From Torpedo marmorata (Eukaryota), in contig OZ360243.1 of NCBI GenBank assembly GCA_977017645.1, forward strand, positions 4,526,001-4,590,000: a stretch of 64,000 nt of DNA. The letters run 5' to 3'. Shown in pieces: positions 37,472 through 50,364 of the stretch. The first letter of the stretch is position 1. Every line of letters starts with the position of its first letter. The translations under genes were made by a program, and so were the position numbers. The notes below the pieces were generated by a model. It was not told the origin of the DNA. It saw nothing but the letters and a program-made list of their open reading frames with translations, and ran no database searches.

Positions 37472-37930
37472 AAGTTTGCAGAGGTTTGATATGAAAACTT
37501 CTACAGGTGTGTGATGGAAAGTGTGCTGACTGGCTGCACCATGGCCTGCTATGGAGGCACCAATACCTCTGAGTGGAAAGCCCTGCAAAAGGTAGTGAAC
37601 ATCACGGGTAAAACTCTCCCCACCATCGAGAAAATCTACAGGGAACGCTGCCGTCGGAGAGCAGCAGCAATCATCATGGATCCACAACACCCAGCACACA
37701 CTCTGTTCTCGCTGCTGCTATCAGGAAAGAGGTATAGGTGCCACAAGACTCGCACCACCAGGTACAGGAACAGCTGCTACCCCTCCACCATCAGACTCCT
37801 CAACAACAAACTCAATCAGGGACTCATTTAAGGACTCTTACCTTGCACATTATTTATTACTGAATTTTTTTCTGTATTGCATAGTCAGTTTGTTTACATT
37901 TATTTCTTTGTTTACATTTCTCTCTTTTTT
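37472..37930 (+). mobile_element. Rex1/Babar-like LINE 3' fragment
   Basis: ESVLTGC..CYG, HPAHTLFSLL.SGKRYR and RNSCYP motifs. Confidence 0.8.
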
Positions 37931-38011
37931 ACACGTATCCCTGAGGAGACAGTGATCATAATATGATAGAATTCACCCTGCAGTTTGAGAAAGAGAAACT
38001 GAAATCAGATG

Positions 38012-38647
38012 TGTCAGATTCAGATTTCAGATTTATTGTCAGGGTACATACATGACGTCACATACAACCCTGAGATTCCTTTTTCCTGCGGGCGCGGCAG
38101 AATTACCACTAATTGGTTGTGCAAAAATAAACTGTACACAACTATACATGTAAACAAATAAAAGAACTGTAAACAGATAACGAATGTAAACAAACTGACT
38201 GCAATACAGAGAGAACAAAAAGAAAATCAATAAAGTGCTCAAGTAAGAGTCCTTAAATGAGTTTCTGATTGAGTTTGTCGCTGAGGAGTCTGATGGTGGA
38301 GGGGTAGCGGCTGTTCCTGAACCTGGTGGTGCGAGTCTTGTGGCACCTATACCTCTTTCCTGATGGCAGCAGCGAGAACAGAGCGTGTGCTGGGTGGTGT
38401 GGGTCTTTGATGATTGCTGCTGCCCTCCGACGGCAGCGTTCCCTGTAGATGTACTCAATAGTGGGGGGGGGGTTTTGCCTGTGATGTCCTGGGCTGTGTC
38501 CCCACTACCTTTTGGAGGGCTTTACGCTCAGGGGTATTGGTATCCCCGTACCAGACCGTGATGCAACAGGTCAGCACACTTTCCATCACACCTCTGTAGA
38601 AATTTGCCAGGGTTTCTGGTGTCATACCAAACCTCCGCAAACTCCTG
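38012..38647 (-). mobile_element. Rex1/Babar-like LINE 3' fragment, inverted relative to 37472-37930
   Basis: LANFYRGVMESVLTCCITVWYG on the minus strand; short tandem tail with AATAAA. Confidence 0.82.
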
Positions 38648-39353
38648 AGTTAGTATACCAGTGGAATAAAGGATACTACAGAGGTATGAGAGAGGAACTG
38701 GCCAAAGTTCATTGTAAAGAGTAACCCAGGAAATTCCAAAAGTAACCCAGGAAATTATAGGCCAGTGAGCCTAACGTCAGTAGTAGGTAAATTATTGGAA
38801 GTTGTTCTAAGAGATTGGATATACAAGTGTTTGGATAGCCAGGGACTGATTAGGGATAGTCAACATGGCTTTGTGCGTGGTAAGTCATGTTTAACTAATC
38901 TTATAGAGTTTTTAAAGGAGGTTACCAGGAAAGTTGATGAACGAAAGGCTGTTGGATGTTGTCTACGTGGACTTTAGTAAGGCCTTTGACAAGGTCCCAC
39001 ATGGGAGGTTAGTTAGGAAGGTACAGGCGCTAGGTATTCATGGTGAGGTAGTAAACTGGATTCGACAGGGTGTGGATGATTGCTTCTCAGACTGGAGGCC
39101 TGTGACTAGAGGTGTGCCTCGGGATTGGTACTGGCACCATTATTGCTTGTCATCTATATCCAGTGGCGGATTAACTCCCATCCGGGCCCCAAGGCTGAGT
39201 TTTAGTAAGGCCCCCCCAGGATCAGCGTCATGGGGTGGGGGGGGGCATTCGCGGGCCATGCCCCAACTCACCTCCTTCCAACCCTCTCTCTCTCACTCAC
39301 ACTCACTTGGAGTTGTGCGTGCCACAGCTTGTTGGCTGGTTTAGTGGAATTTT

Positions 39354-39524
39354 GTTCGGACGCCTGCCGGCATTTTCTCATACTTTGATGAAGGGCTCAA
39401 GCCCGAAACGTCGGTTATGTATTTCTACCTTTGCTACATAAAAGACACTGTTTGACCTGCTGAGTTTCTCCAGCATTTGTGTTTTTTACTTCAACCACGG
39501 TGCCTACAGATTCTCGTGTTTTAC
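39354..39524 (+). mobile_element. Short Penelope-type terminal fragment with hammerhead-like motif
   Basis: Flanking 13-bp direct repeat TTAGTGGAATTTT (39341-39353, 39525-39537); TTGATGAA-GGGC-TCAA-GCCC-GAAACGTC. Confidence 0.7.
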
Positions 39525-40198
39525 TTAGTGGAATTTTTCCAGACTCCGTAAACTTAAGGACAAATTGGTGCGTTATGGTGGTAAATTTAATTTTGGAAGA
39601 AAATAGGGAGGGTCGGGGGGGGTGGGGAATGACTTTTTATCGGTTGTAGTTCCAACGCTTGTGTGTTTTAAATGGAAGATTCAGCTATTTAAATTGAAGC
39701 TTATACCCGCTCTCATCATAAGATGATTTTGTGTGGATGTGGGTCATGTCAGTCTCAATCTTTAAAGCTGTTCTATGCTTTACCAACCTTTTGGGTTAGT
39801 ATTGCAATTTCGCTGTTCATTTTGGAGAGAATGGGTGAATTAATTCTAAATGCACACTCACTCCCCGCTCTCCTCCCCTCACTCTCTCGTTGACGCCATT
39901 GTTCTCCGTGGACACTACTCGAGCCATGAGGCCCCTCCAGCTTTTCCCAGGCAGCTGGACTGCCCGTGTTCCCCCTCCCTGCCCGCCCATCGGCCGCTCA
40001 CCTTGGATCCACCATGACGAGCCGAGAACCTCTGACCCCGGACAGCACGCCCCCCTCCGGCTGCCAGTGGAAGCGCAGAAGATCCTCAACGCAAACCGCG
40101 GCGCGGGGAAGACCCTTCGGTCCACCGTATTCGTGCTATCTGAAGACCACGTTCTGCACTGTATGGTCTTCCATCTCATTTCAAGTGTTTATCTAACT

Positions 40199-40360
40199 CA
40201 GTGGTTCTCAACATTTTTCCACTCACATACCACCTTAAATAATCCCTTACTAACCACAGAGCACCTGTGACATCCTATGCCATAGAATAGATGCTCTGTA
40301 GTTAGTCAGGGATTATTTAAGGTGGTATGTGAGTGGAAAAATAAAGGTTGAGAACCACTG
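40199..40360. mobile_element. hAT/Charlie-type MITE, 162 bp, near-perfect palindrome
   Basis: TIR CAGTGGTTCTCAAC / GTTGAGAACCACTG; TSD ATCTAACT / ATCTAAAT. Confidence 0.93.
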
Positions 40361-43089
40361 ATCTAAATACATATGACACAGAGAAAGATCCTGCCTCCAC
40401 CAGCTTGTCCAGAAGCCAACAGTGGAGCACCTTCCAACATAGTTCTCTTGTCCACGCTGCTTACACTGTCAACGGCCCGGGCGGCAATAGCCCAGTGTGG
40501 AGAGGGGTGCATGAGGAGGGGAGGGGTTGGGCCGGTAGGGGGGTGCCTTTTTGCCAGTAGTAGTTTGTAAATGCATGCAAGATGAGCCGAGCTCTGCAGC
40601 AGGAGGCAGACGCCACAGACCTCAGGCTCAGACTTGCGCGCGCTTTTTTCAAACGCGCGGCGTGAGCATTGATTGACAGGTAGCATTGGGACCGCATATA
40701 ATTAATAACAAACTGCTGCCTGCCTGCTGGTGCTGGTTAGCAAATAGCACCTGTGACTGTGTGGATCACGATAGGGGGACACATCACACACGGTTAACTT
40801 ATTTTGTTAGTGATTTATTATCCATCACAACTCAGTCACATCCTGCTGTTTCTTTGCTGCCCAGATTATTTAGATGGTGTTGAGGTGTTCACTTGGTTTA
40901 TGGAAAAGCGAGTGACTTGTTGTTGGGGTGGGGGGCGTCGGGCGTATGCTGGAATATAACAAGGAAGAGTTTAGGAGCCCGGGCCCCCTCGAGTCCCGAT
41001 ACACACGACCCGGGCCGGCAGCAGGCACCAAACTACCTATATAACCTATCCCAGAAGTGGCACTGGTAGTTCGGTGCCTCAGCTGCCGGCCCGGGTCGTG
41101 TCGTGCTCGTCGGGACTCCCCCCAATCCTCCACCTCCCCAACCACCAAACTATTAGATTTTTAACATCTCTCCGACCGAATTGGACGTTAAAAATCTAAT
41201 AGTTTGCTGGTGGGAGGAATTGAGGAAGGTGGAGGATTGGGGAGTGGGTGCCGGACTGCCGGTGGGGGTTGAATTTTTAAAGCAGCTCGCCCAGAGCACC
41301 CGGAGCCTGAGTCGAGGCAGCCAGTTAGTTAAGTAAGTGGCACTCTTGTTGTGGGCGCGGCGCCGCTGGGCTGGGTCACTGGGTGATACTGAGAGGCCAC
41401 GTCTCTGTGACCTCAGTGAGGTGGCCTCAGTCAATCACAGCGGCGCCCACCAGAGTGCCACTAATTACTTAAGTGTCTGCCTCTGGGCGCTCTCTGGGGC
41501 GAGGCGAGCTGCTTTTCAACACCCCCCCGCCCCCCACCTCCCAATCATCCTTGATTCCTCCAACCAGTTGGATGTTAAAAATCTAACAGTTTGGTGGGAA
41601 GGTGGAGGATCATCCATTCGCAATCATCACACACACGGGACATGTCACACACCGCAATTCTGCAAAAAACACAAATCTTCATCATGATGCCGCCGGCTCC
41701 CAGAAATTGCCGCGCGTCACCCCGGCAACGGCGCGGTGCCGACACTGGCCACGCCCACACTACCGCCGGCTTCTCCTGCGCAGACGCAGTAAGTAGAGAC
41801 CAGACGGCAGGCGCCTACCCTAAACTGAGTAGACGTTGAAGCCGAGGGACTCGGGCCCCCTGACCCTCCGGGCTCCTAGGCTTCAGTCTACTCAGCCTAA
41901 TGGTTAATTCGCCATTGTCTATATCAATGATCTGGATGATAATGTGGTAAATTTGATCAGCAAGTTTGCAGGTGACACTAAGATTGGAGGCGTTGTGGAC
42001 AGTGAGGAAGGTTTCCAAAGCTTGCAGAGGGATCTGGACCAGCTGGAAAAATGGGCTGAAAAATGGCAGATGGAATTTAATGCAGACAAGTGTGAGGTGT
42101 TGCATTTTGGAAGGACAAACCAAGAAAGGACATACACGTTAAATGGTAGGGCACTGAGGAGTGCGGTAGAACAGAGGGATCTGGGAATACAGATACATAA
42201 TTCCCTGAAAGTGGCGTCACAGATGGATAGGGTTGTAAAGAGAGCTTTTGGCACATTGGCCTTCATAAATCAAAGTATTGAGTATAGGAGTTGGGATGTT
42301 ATGGTAAAGTTGTATAAGACATTGTTGAGGCCAAATTTGAAGTATTGTGTGCAGTTTTGGTCACCTTTAACTACAGGAAAGATATCAATAAGATAGAAAG
42401 AGTGCAGAGAAGATTTACTAGGATGTTGCCCGGACTTCAGGAACTGAGTTACAGTGAAAGGTTAAACAGGTTAGGACTTTATTCCCTGGAGCGTAGAATG
42501 AGGGGAGATTTGATGGAGGTATTTAAAATTATGAGGGGGATAGACAGAGTAAATGTAGATAGGTTTTTTCCACTGAGGGTAGGTGAGATACAAACCAGAG
42601 GACATGGGTTAAGGGTGAAAGGGGAAAAGTTTAGGGGGAACATGAGGGGGAACTTCTTCACACACAGAGTGGTGGGAGTATGGTATAAGCTGCCAGCTGA
42701 AGTGGTGAATGTGGGCTCAATTTTAATATTTAAGAAGAATTTGGACAGGTACATGGATGGGAGAGGTATGGAGGGCTGTGGACTGGGTGCAGGTCAGTGG
42801 GACTAGATAAAAAAAAGGTTTTGGCACAGACTAGAAGGGCCGAAGGGGCCTGTTTCCGTACAGTAATGTTCTATGGTTCTCTGAAAGGCACACGAGCAGG
42901 AAGGACAGCAGAGCAGCAATGGCTGGAATTTCTGCAAGAAATAAGGAAAGTGTAGGACAGGTATATTCCAAACAATATGGACACCATCATTCATCAGTGG
43001 GTCATGATGATATACATGATCATCCATTAGTGTGCGTAATGAGGATGGACACCAATTTCATCAGTATGGGTAATAATGATGGATACCAA

Positions 43090-46000
43090 CATCCATCAGT
43101 GAATGATAATGGACGCCATGATCCATCAGTGGGTATGATGATGGAGATCATCATCCATCAGAGGGTATGATGATGGACGCCAGCATCCATCAGTGGGTAT
43201 GATGATGGATGCCAGCATCCATCAGTGGGTATGATGATGGACGCCATCATCCATCAGTGGGTATGATGATGGATGCCAGCATCCATCAGTGGGTATGATG
43301 ATGGACGCCATCATCCATCAGTGGGTATGATGATGGACATCATCATCCATCAGAGCGTATGATGATGGACGCCATCATCCATCAGTGGGTAATGATGATG
43401 GACGCCATCATCCATCAGTGGGTATGATGATGGACATCATCATCCATCAGAGCGTATGATGATGGACACCAGCATCCATCAGTGGGTATGATGATGGACA
43501 TCATCATCCATCAGTGGGTATGATGATGGATGCCATCATCCATCAGAGGGTATAATGATGGACATCATCATCCATCAGAGGGTAATGATGATGGACACCA
43601 TCATCCATCAGAGGGTATGATGATGGACATCATCATCCATCAGTGGGTATGATGATGGACACCATCATCCATCAGTGGATATGATGATGGACACCATCAT
43701 CCATCAGTGGGTAATGATGATGGACATCATCATCCATCAGTGGGTATGATGATGGACACCATCATCCATCAGTGGGTAATGATGATGGACACCATCATCC
43801 ATCAGAGGGTATGATGATGGACATCATCATCCATCAGAGGGTAATGATGATGGACACCATCATCCATCAGTGGGTGATGATGATGGATACCATCATCAAT
43901 CAGTGGGTAATGATGATGGACACCATCATCCATCAGAGGGTAATGATGATGGACACCATCATCCATCAGTGGGTAATGATGATGGACATCATCATCCATC
44001 AGTGGGTAATGATGATGGACACCATCATCCATCAGAGGGTATGATGATGGACATCATCATCCATCAGTGGATATGATGATGGACACCATCATCCATCAGT
44101 GGGTATGATGATGGACACCATCATCCATCAGTGGGTAATGATGATGGACACCATCATCCATCAGTGGGTAATGATGATGGACACCATCTTCCATCAGTGG
44201 GTATGATGATGGACACCATCATCCAACAGTGGGTGTGATGATGGACGCCATCATCCATCAGGGGGTATGATGATGGACGCCATCATCCATCAGTGGGTAT
44301 GATGATGGACGCCATCATCCATTAGAGGGTAATGATGATGGACACCATCATCCATCAGAGGGTATGATGATGGACACCATCATCCATCAGTGGGTATGAT
44401 GATGGACGCCATCATCCATCAGAGGGTATGATGATGGACACCATCATCCATCAGTGGGTAATGATGATGGACACCATCATCCATCAGTGGGTATGATGAT
44501 GGACACCATCATCCATCAGTGGGTAATGATGATGGACACCATCATCCATCAGAGGGTATGATGATGGACACCATCATCCATCAGTGGGTAATGATGATGG
44601 ACACCATCATCCATCAGAGGGTATTATGATGGACACCATCATCCATCAGTGGGTAATGATGATGGACACCATCATCCATCAGAGGGTATGATGATGGACA
44701 CCATCATCCATCAGTGGGTATGATGATGGACACCATCATCCATCAGTGGGTATGATGATGGACACCATCATCCATCAGTGGGTAATGATGATGGACATCA
44801 TCATCCATCAGTGGGTAATGATGACGGACACCATCATCCAACAGTGGGTAATGATGATGGACACCATCATCCATCAGTGGGTAATGATGATAGACATCAT
44901 CATCCATCAGAGGGTATGATGATGGACACCATCATCCATCAGTGGGTAATGATGATGGACACCATCATCCATCAGTGGGTATGATGATGGACACCATCAT
45001 CCATCAGAGGGTAATGATGATGGACACCATCATCCATCAGTGGGTATGATGATGGACACCATCATCCATCAGTGGGTAATGATGATGGACACCATCATCC
45101 ATCAGAGGGTATGATGATGGACACCATCATCCATCAGTGGGTAATGATGATGGACACCATCATCATCAGAGGGTATGATGATGGACACCATCATCCATCA
45201 GTGGGTAATGATGATGGACACCATCATCCATCAGTGGGTATGATGATGGACGCCATCATCCATCAGTGGGTAATGATGATGGACGCCATCATCCATCAGT
45301 GGGTATGATGATGGACATCATCATCCATCAGAGCGTATGATGATGGACACCAGCATCCATCAGTGGGTATGATGATGGACATCATCATCCATCAGTGGGT
45401 ATGATGATGGATGCCATCATCCATCAGAGGGTATAATGATGGACATCATCATCCATCAGAGGGTAATGATGATGGACACCATCATCCATCAGAGGGTATG
45501 ATGATGGACATCATCATCCATCAGTGGGTATGATGATGGACACCATCATCCATCAGTGGATATGATGATGGACACCATCATCCATCAGTGGGTAATGATG
45601 ATGGACATCATCATCCATCAGTGGGTATGATGATGGACACCATCATCCATCAGTGGGTAATGATGATGGACACCATCATCCATCAGAGGGTATGATGATG
45701 GACATCATCATCCATCAGAGGGTAATGATGATGGACACCATCATCCATCAGTGGGTGATGATGATGGATACCATCATCCATCAGTGGGTAATGATGATGG
45801 ACACCATCATCCATCAGAGGGTAATGATGATGGACACCATCATCCATCAGTGGGTGATGATGATGGACACCATCATCCCTCAGTGGGTAATGATGATGGA
45901 CACCATCATCCATCAGTGGGTAATGATGATGGACATCATCATCCATCAGTGGGTAATGATGATGGACACCATCATCCATCAGAGGGTATGATGATGGACA

Positions 46001-47270
46001 TCATCATCCATCAGTGGATATGATGATGGACACCATCATCCATCAGTGGGTATGATGATGGACACCATCATCCATCAGTGGGTAATGATGATGGACACCA
46101 TCATCCATCAGTGGGTAATGATGATGGACACCATCTTCCATCAGTGGGTATGATGATGGACACCATCATCCAACAGTGGGTGTGATGATGGACGCCATCA
46201 TCCATCAGGGGGTATGATGATGGACGCCATCATCCATCAGTGGGTATGATGATGGACGCCATCATCCATTAGAGGGTAATGATGATGGACACCATCATCC
46301 ATCAGAGGGTATGATGATGGACACCATCATCCATCAGTGGGTATGATGATGGACGCCATCATCCATCAGAGGGTATGATGATGGACACCATCATCCATCA
46401 GTGGGTAATGATGATGGACACCATCATCCATCAGTGGGTATGATGATGGACACCATCATCCATCAGTGGGTAATGATGATGGACACCATCATCCATCAGA
46501 GGGTATGATGATGGACACCATCATCCATCAGTGGGTAATGATGATGGACACCATCATCCATCAGAGGGTATTATGATGGACACCATCATCCATCAGTGGG
46601 TAATGATGATGGACACCATCATCCATCAGAGGGTATGATGATGGACACCATCATCCATCAGTGGGTATGATGATGGACACCATCATCCATCAGTGGGTAT
46701 GATGATGGACACCATCATCCATCAGTGGGTAATGATGATGGACATCATCATCCATCAGTGGGTAATGATGACGGACACCATCATCCAACAGTGGGTAATG
46801 ATGATGGACACCATCATCCATCAGTGGGTAATGATGATAGACATCATCATCCATCAGAGGGTATGATGATGGACACCATCATCCATCAGTGGGTAATGAT
46901 GATGGACACCATCATCCATCAGTGGGTATGATGATGGACACCATCATCCATCAGAGGGTAATGATGATGGACACCATCATCCATCAGTGGGTATGATGAT
47001 GGACACCATCATCCATCAGTGGGTAATGATGATGGACACCATCATCATCAGAGGGTATGATGATGGACACCATCATCCATCAGTGGGTAATGATGATGGA
47101 CACCATCATCCATCAGTGGGTATGATGATGGACACCATCATCCATCAGTGGGTAATGATGATGGACACCATCATCCATCAGTGGGTAATGATGATGGACA
47201 CCATCATCCATCAGTGGGTATGATGATGGACACCATCTTTCATCAGTGGGGACAATGATTATGGACACCA
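43090..47270 (+). repeat. 32/33-bp satellite (GATGATGGACACCATCATCCATCAGTGGGTA[A]T)n, about 4.2 kb
   Basis: More than 100 tandem units with degenerate edges; higher-order duplication of about 1.9 kb. Confidence 0.98.
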
Positions 47271-47274
47271 CTAA

Positions 47275-49115
47275 AAAAGAGGAAATATTTTAATGGAAAA
47301 ATGACACAACTTTGACTGACCAAGGAAGTCAAACCCAAAGTAAAAGCAAAAGAAAGGCATACAAGGAAGCAAAAAGCAGTGGGAAGAGACAGGACTGGGA
47401 AGCTTTTAAAAGCTTACAGAAGGCAACTAAGCAGGTCATTAGGAAGGAAAAGATGAACTTTGAAAGGAATCTAACGAATAATGTCAAAAAGGATACCAAA
47501 AGCATTTTTTAGTATATTAAGAGTAAAAAAGAGGTGAAAGTAGATGTACGACTCATAGAAAATGACGCTGGAGAAATTGTAATGGGAGACAAGGAGCTGG
47601 CATAGGAACTGAATGAATATTTTGCATCAGTCTTCACTGTGGAAGACATTAGCAGTGTGCGGACTTTCAAGGGTGTCAGGGAAGAGGGGTGGGTGCAGTC
47701 ACGATCACCAGAGAGAAGGTGCTTGAGAGTCTAAGGGTAGTTAACTCCCGGACCAGGTGGAATGCACCCTCGGGGTCTGAAAGAAGTAGCAATAGAGATT
47801 GTGGAGGCATTAGTAATGATCTTCCAAGAATCAATAGATTCTGGCATGGTTCCGGAGGCCTGGAAAATTGCAAAAGTCACTCTGCTATTTAAAAAGGGAT
47901 GGAGGCAGCAGAAATGAAATGATAGACCTGTTAGCCTAACATCGGTGGTTGGGAATTTGTTGGAGTCAATTGTCAAGGATGAGGTTACGGAGTATCTGGA
48001 GGCGCGTGGAAAGATAGGTCAAAGTCAGCATGGTTTCCTTAAGGGAAAATCTTGCCTGACAAACCTACTGCAATTTTTTTGTGGAAATCACAGCAGGCTA
48101 GACAAAGGAGATGCAGTGATTGTTGTATATTTTTAATTTTCAAAAGGGCTTTGACAAGGTGCCACACATGAGGCTGTTTAACAAGATGAGAGCCCATCAT
48201 TACAGGAAAGATACAAGCATGGCTGATCGGCAGGAAACAGAGAGTGGGAATAAAAGGATCCTATTCTGGTTGGCTTCTGGTTACCAGTGGTGTTAGGCAG
48301 GTGTTGGGGATACTTCCATTTACGTTGTACATTAATGAATTGGATTGCAGAACAAATGGCTTTTGGCTAAGTTTGCAGATGATACAAAGTCAGGTGGAGG
48401 GGCAGGTAGTGAGGATGAAATGGAGAGGCTGCAGAGAGACAGGTTCGGAGAATGGGCAGAGAAGTGGCAAAAGGAATACAATGTTGGAAAGTGTATGGTC
48501 ATGAACTCTGGTAGATGGAATAAAAGGGTAGACTATTATTTGGATGTGGAGAAAATCCAAAATTCAGAGGTGCAAAGGGAGTCCTCGTGCAGGATACCCT
48601 AAAGGTTAACCTCCAGGTTGAGTCAGTGGTGAAGAAGGCAAATGCAATGTTGGCATTCATAGCTAGAGGAATAAGAGCAGGGATGTGATGTTGAGGCTTT
48701 ATAAGTTACTGGTGAGGCCTCACTGGGAGTACGGGATACAGTTTTGTGCTCCTTATTTAAGAAAGGATGTGCTGGCATTGGAGAGGGTTCAGAGAAGATT
48801 CAGAAGAATGATTCCTGGAATGAAGGGATTAGCATATGAAGAACATTTGACGGCTCTTGGACTGTACTCCTTGGAGTTCAGAAGAATGAGGGAGGCCCTC
48901 ATAGAAGCATTTTGATTGTTGAAAGACTGGACAGAGTAGATGCGGCAAAGTTGTTTCCCATGGTAGAGGAGTCAAGGACAAGAGGCACAACTTCAGGATT
49001 GAAGGACATCCATTTAAAACAGATGCTAGAGAGAGGCGAACGTGTGGAATTTCCTACCACGGGCAGCTGTGGAGGCCAAGTCATCGGGTGTATTTAAGGC
49101 AGAGATTGATAGGTC
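47275..49115 (+). mobile_element. Degenerate CR1 ORF2 fragment
   Basis: SQHGFLKGKSCLTNL, KFADDTK and LERVQRRF remnants. Confidence 0.88.
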
Positions 49116-49805
49116 ACTGACACTGGGGGAGGGGTCACTGACACTGAGAGAGGAGTGAGGGGGTCACTGTCTCTGGAGGCGGGGAGGGTTCACTGACGCT
49201 GGGGAAGGGTGAGGGGTCACTGACACTGGGGGTGGGAAGTGGTCACTAACACCAAGATTCAAGAAGGGGTCACTGACAGGGTGGATGGGGGTGGGGGATG
49301 GGTACTGACACAAGGGAGGAATGGAGGAGAGGTTACTGTCACTGGACATGGGGGAGGGGTTACTGTCTTGGCGTGGGGGAGGGGTCACTGACACTGGGGA
49401 GGGGGTGGGGGGTGGGTACTGACACTAGGGGGTCGGGGGAGGGGGTTCTGACACTGGGGTGGAGAGGGAGATGTTTCACTGACACTGGGGAACGGGGTGG
49501 GGTTACTGACACTGGGGGAGTCGGGGGAGGGGGTACTGACACTGGGGGAGTCGGGTGAGGGGTTTTAACTCTAGGGTGGGGAGGGGGGATGGTTCACTGA
49601 CACTGGGGAACGGGGTGGGGTTACTGACACTGGGGGGGTACGGGGAAGGGGTTACTGACACTGGGGAGGGGGTGGGGGGTGGGTACTGACACTGGGGGGG
49701 TACGGGGGAGGGGGTACTGACACTGGGGGAGTCGGGGGAGGGGTTGTAACTCTGGTGTGGGGAGGGGGGATGGTTCACTGACACTGGGGAACGGGGAGGG
49801 GGTTA
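49116..49805. repeat. G-rich degenerate repeat (ACTGACACTGGGGGA...)
   Basis: Recurrent CTGACACTGGGG motif with long G-runs. Confidence 0.9.
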
Positions 49806-50216
49806 TCTGGACCACTCATTATCCTGCTTCAGGGGCTGCTACTGATACCACTCTCCTTCCGTTATGACTGCCTGGGTTGTTCCACAAGGAGCTAGCATAG
49901 ACTCGTTGGGTAAATGTCCTCCATTCCTGTCCTTATAGAAGAGCAGGAGAAGGCCATTCAGCCCTTCGAGCCTGCACCACCATCAACATGATCATGTGAC
50001 TTCAGCCCCCTATCCCTGCTCTCCCTCCATAACCCTTGACCCTTTTCGGCGTGAGGGCCACATCCAACTCCCTCTTCAACATTTCCAGTGAATTGGCTTC
50101 AACAGCTTTCTGTGGTGGGAGCTCCACCTTCTTCTCACGTTTTGAATTTGCTCCCTCCCTGGGTGGTGTCAGTTTAGCAATGTCAACGACGTGTCATGCT
50201 TTGTCCTCACACCTAG

Positions 50217-50364
50217 GGGTTGTCTCTGATCAACGGGACACAGATGATCACGTCCCTGGGTGCCGAGGCAGTGCAGAGAGCGATGGCGATTGCCCGACAG
50301 GCTGACATTGTAGCAGCCCTCACATTGGAGGTCCTGAAGGGCACCACCAGAGCCTTCGACAGTG
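50217..50364 (+). CDS. HAL: HAL internal exon ([49 protein letters not shown])
   Basis: Acceptor cacacctag, donor gtgagt; conserved LINGT motif. Confidence 0.97.

Larger units (their letters stand above)
39161..41917. mobile_element. Non-autonomous hAT (Tip100-like) DNA transposon, 2757 bp
   Basis: TIRs CAGTGGCGGATTAAC / GTTAATTCGCCATTG (13 of 15 match); perfect 8-bp TSD TCTATATC (39153-39160, 41918-41925); no transposase ORF seen. Confidence 0.9.
38720..42880 (+). mobile_element. CR1 RT and 3' end split by a hAT insertion
   Basis: YRPVSLTS...DFSKAFD up to 39160, resuming with INDLDD...KFAGDTK at 41918. Confidence 0.9.

Noticed and set aside
40002-40192. Faint resemblance of the exon-like peptide to glycoside hydrolase TWNE-type motifs
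   Set aside because: Only a few residues, and it depends on repairing a stop codon; not assignable without a search.
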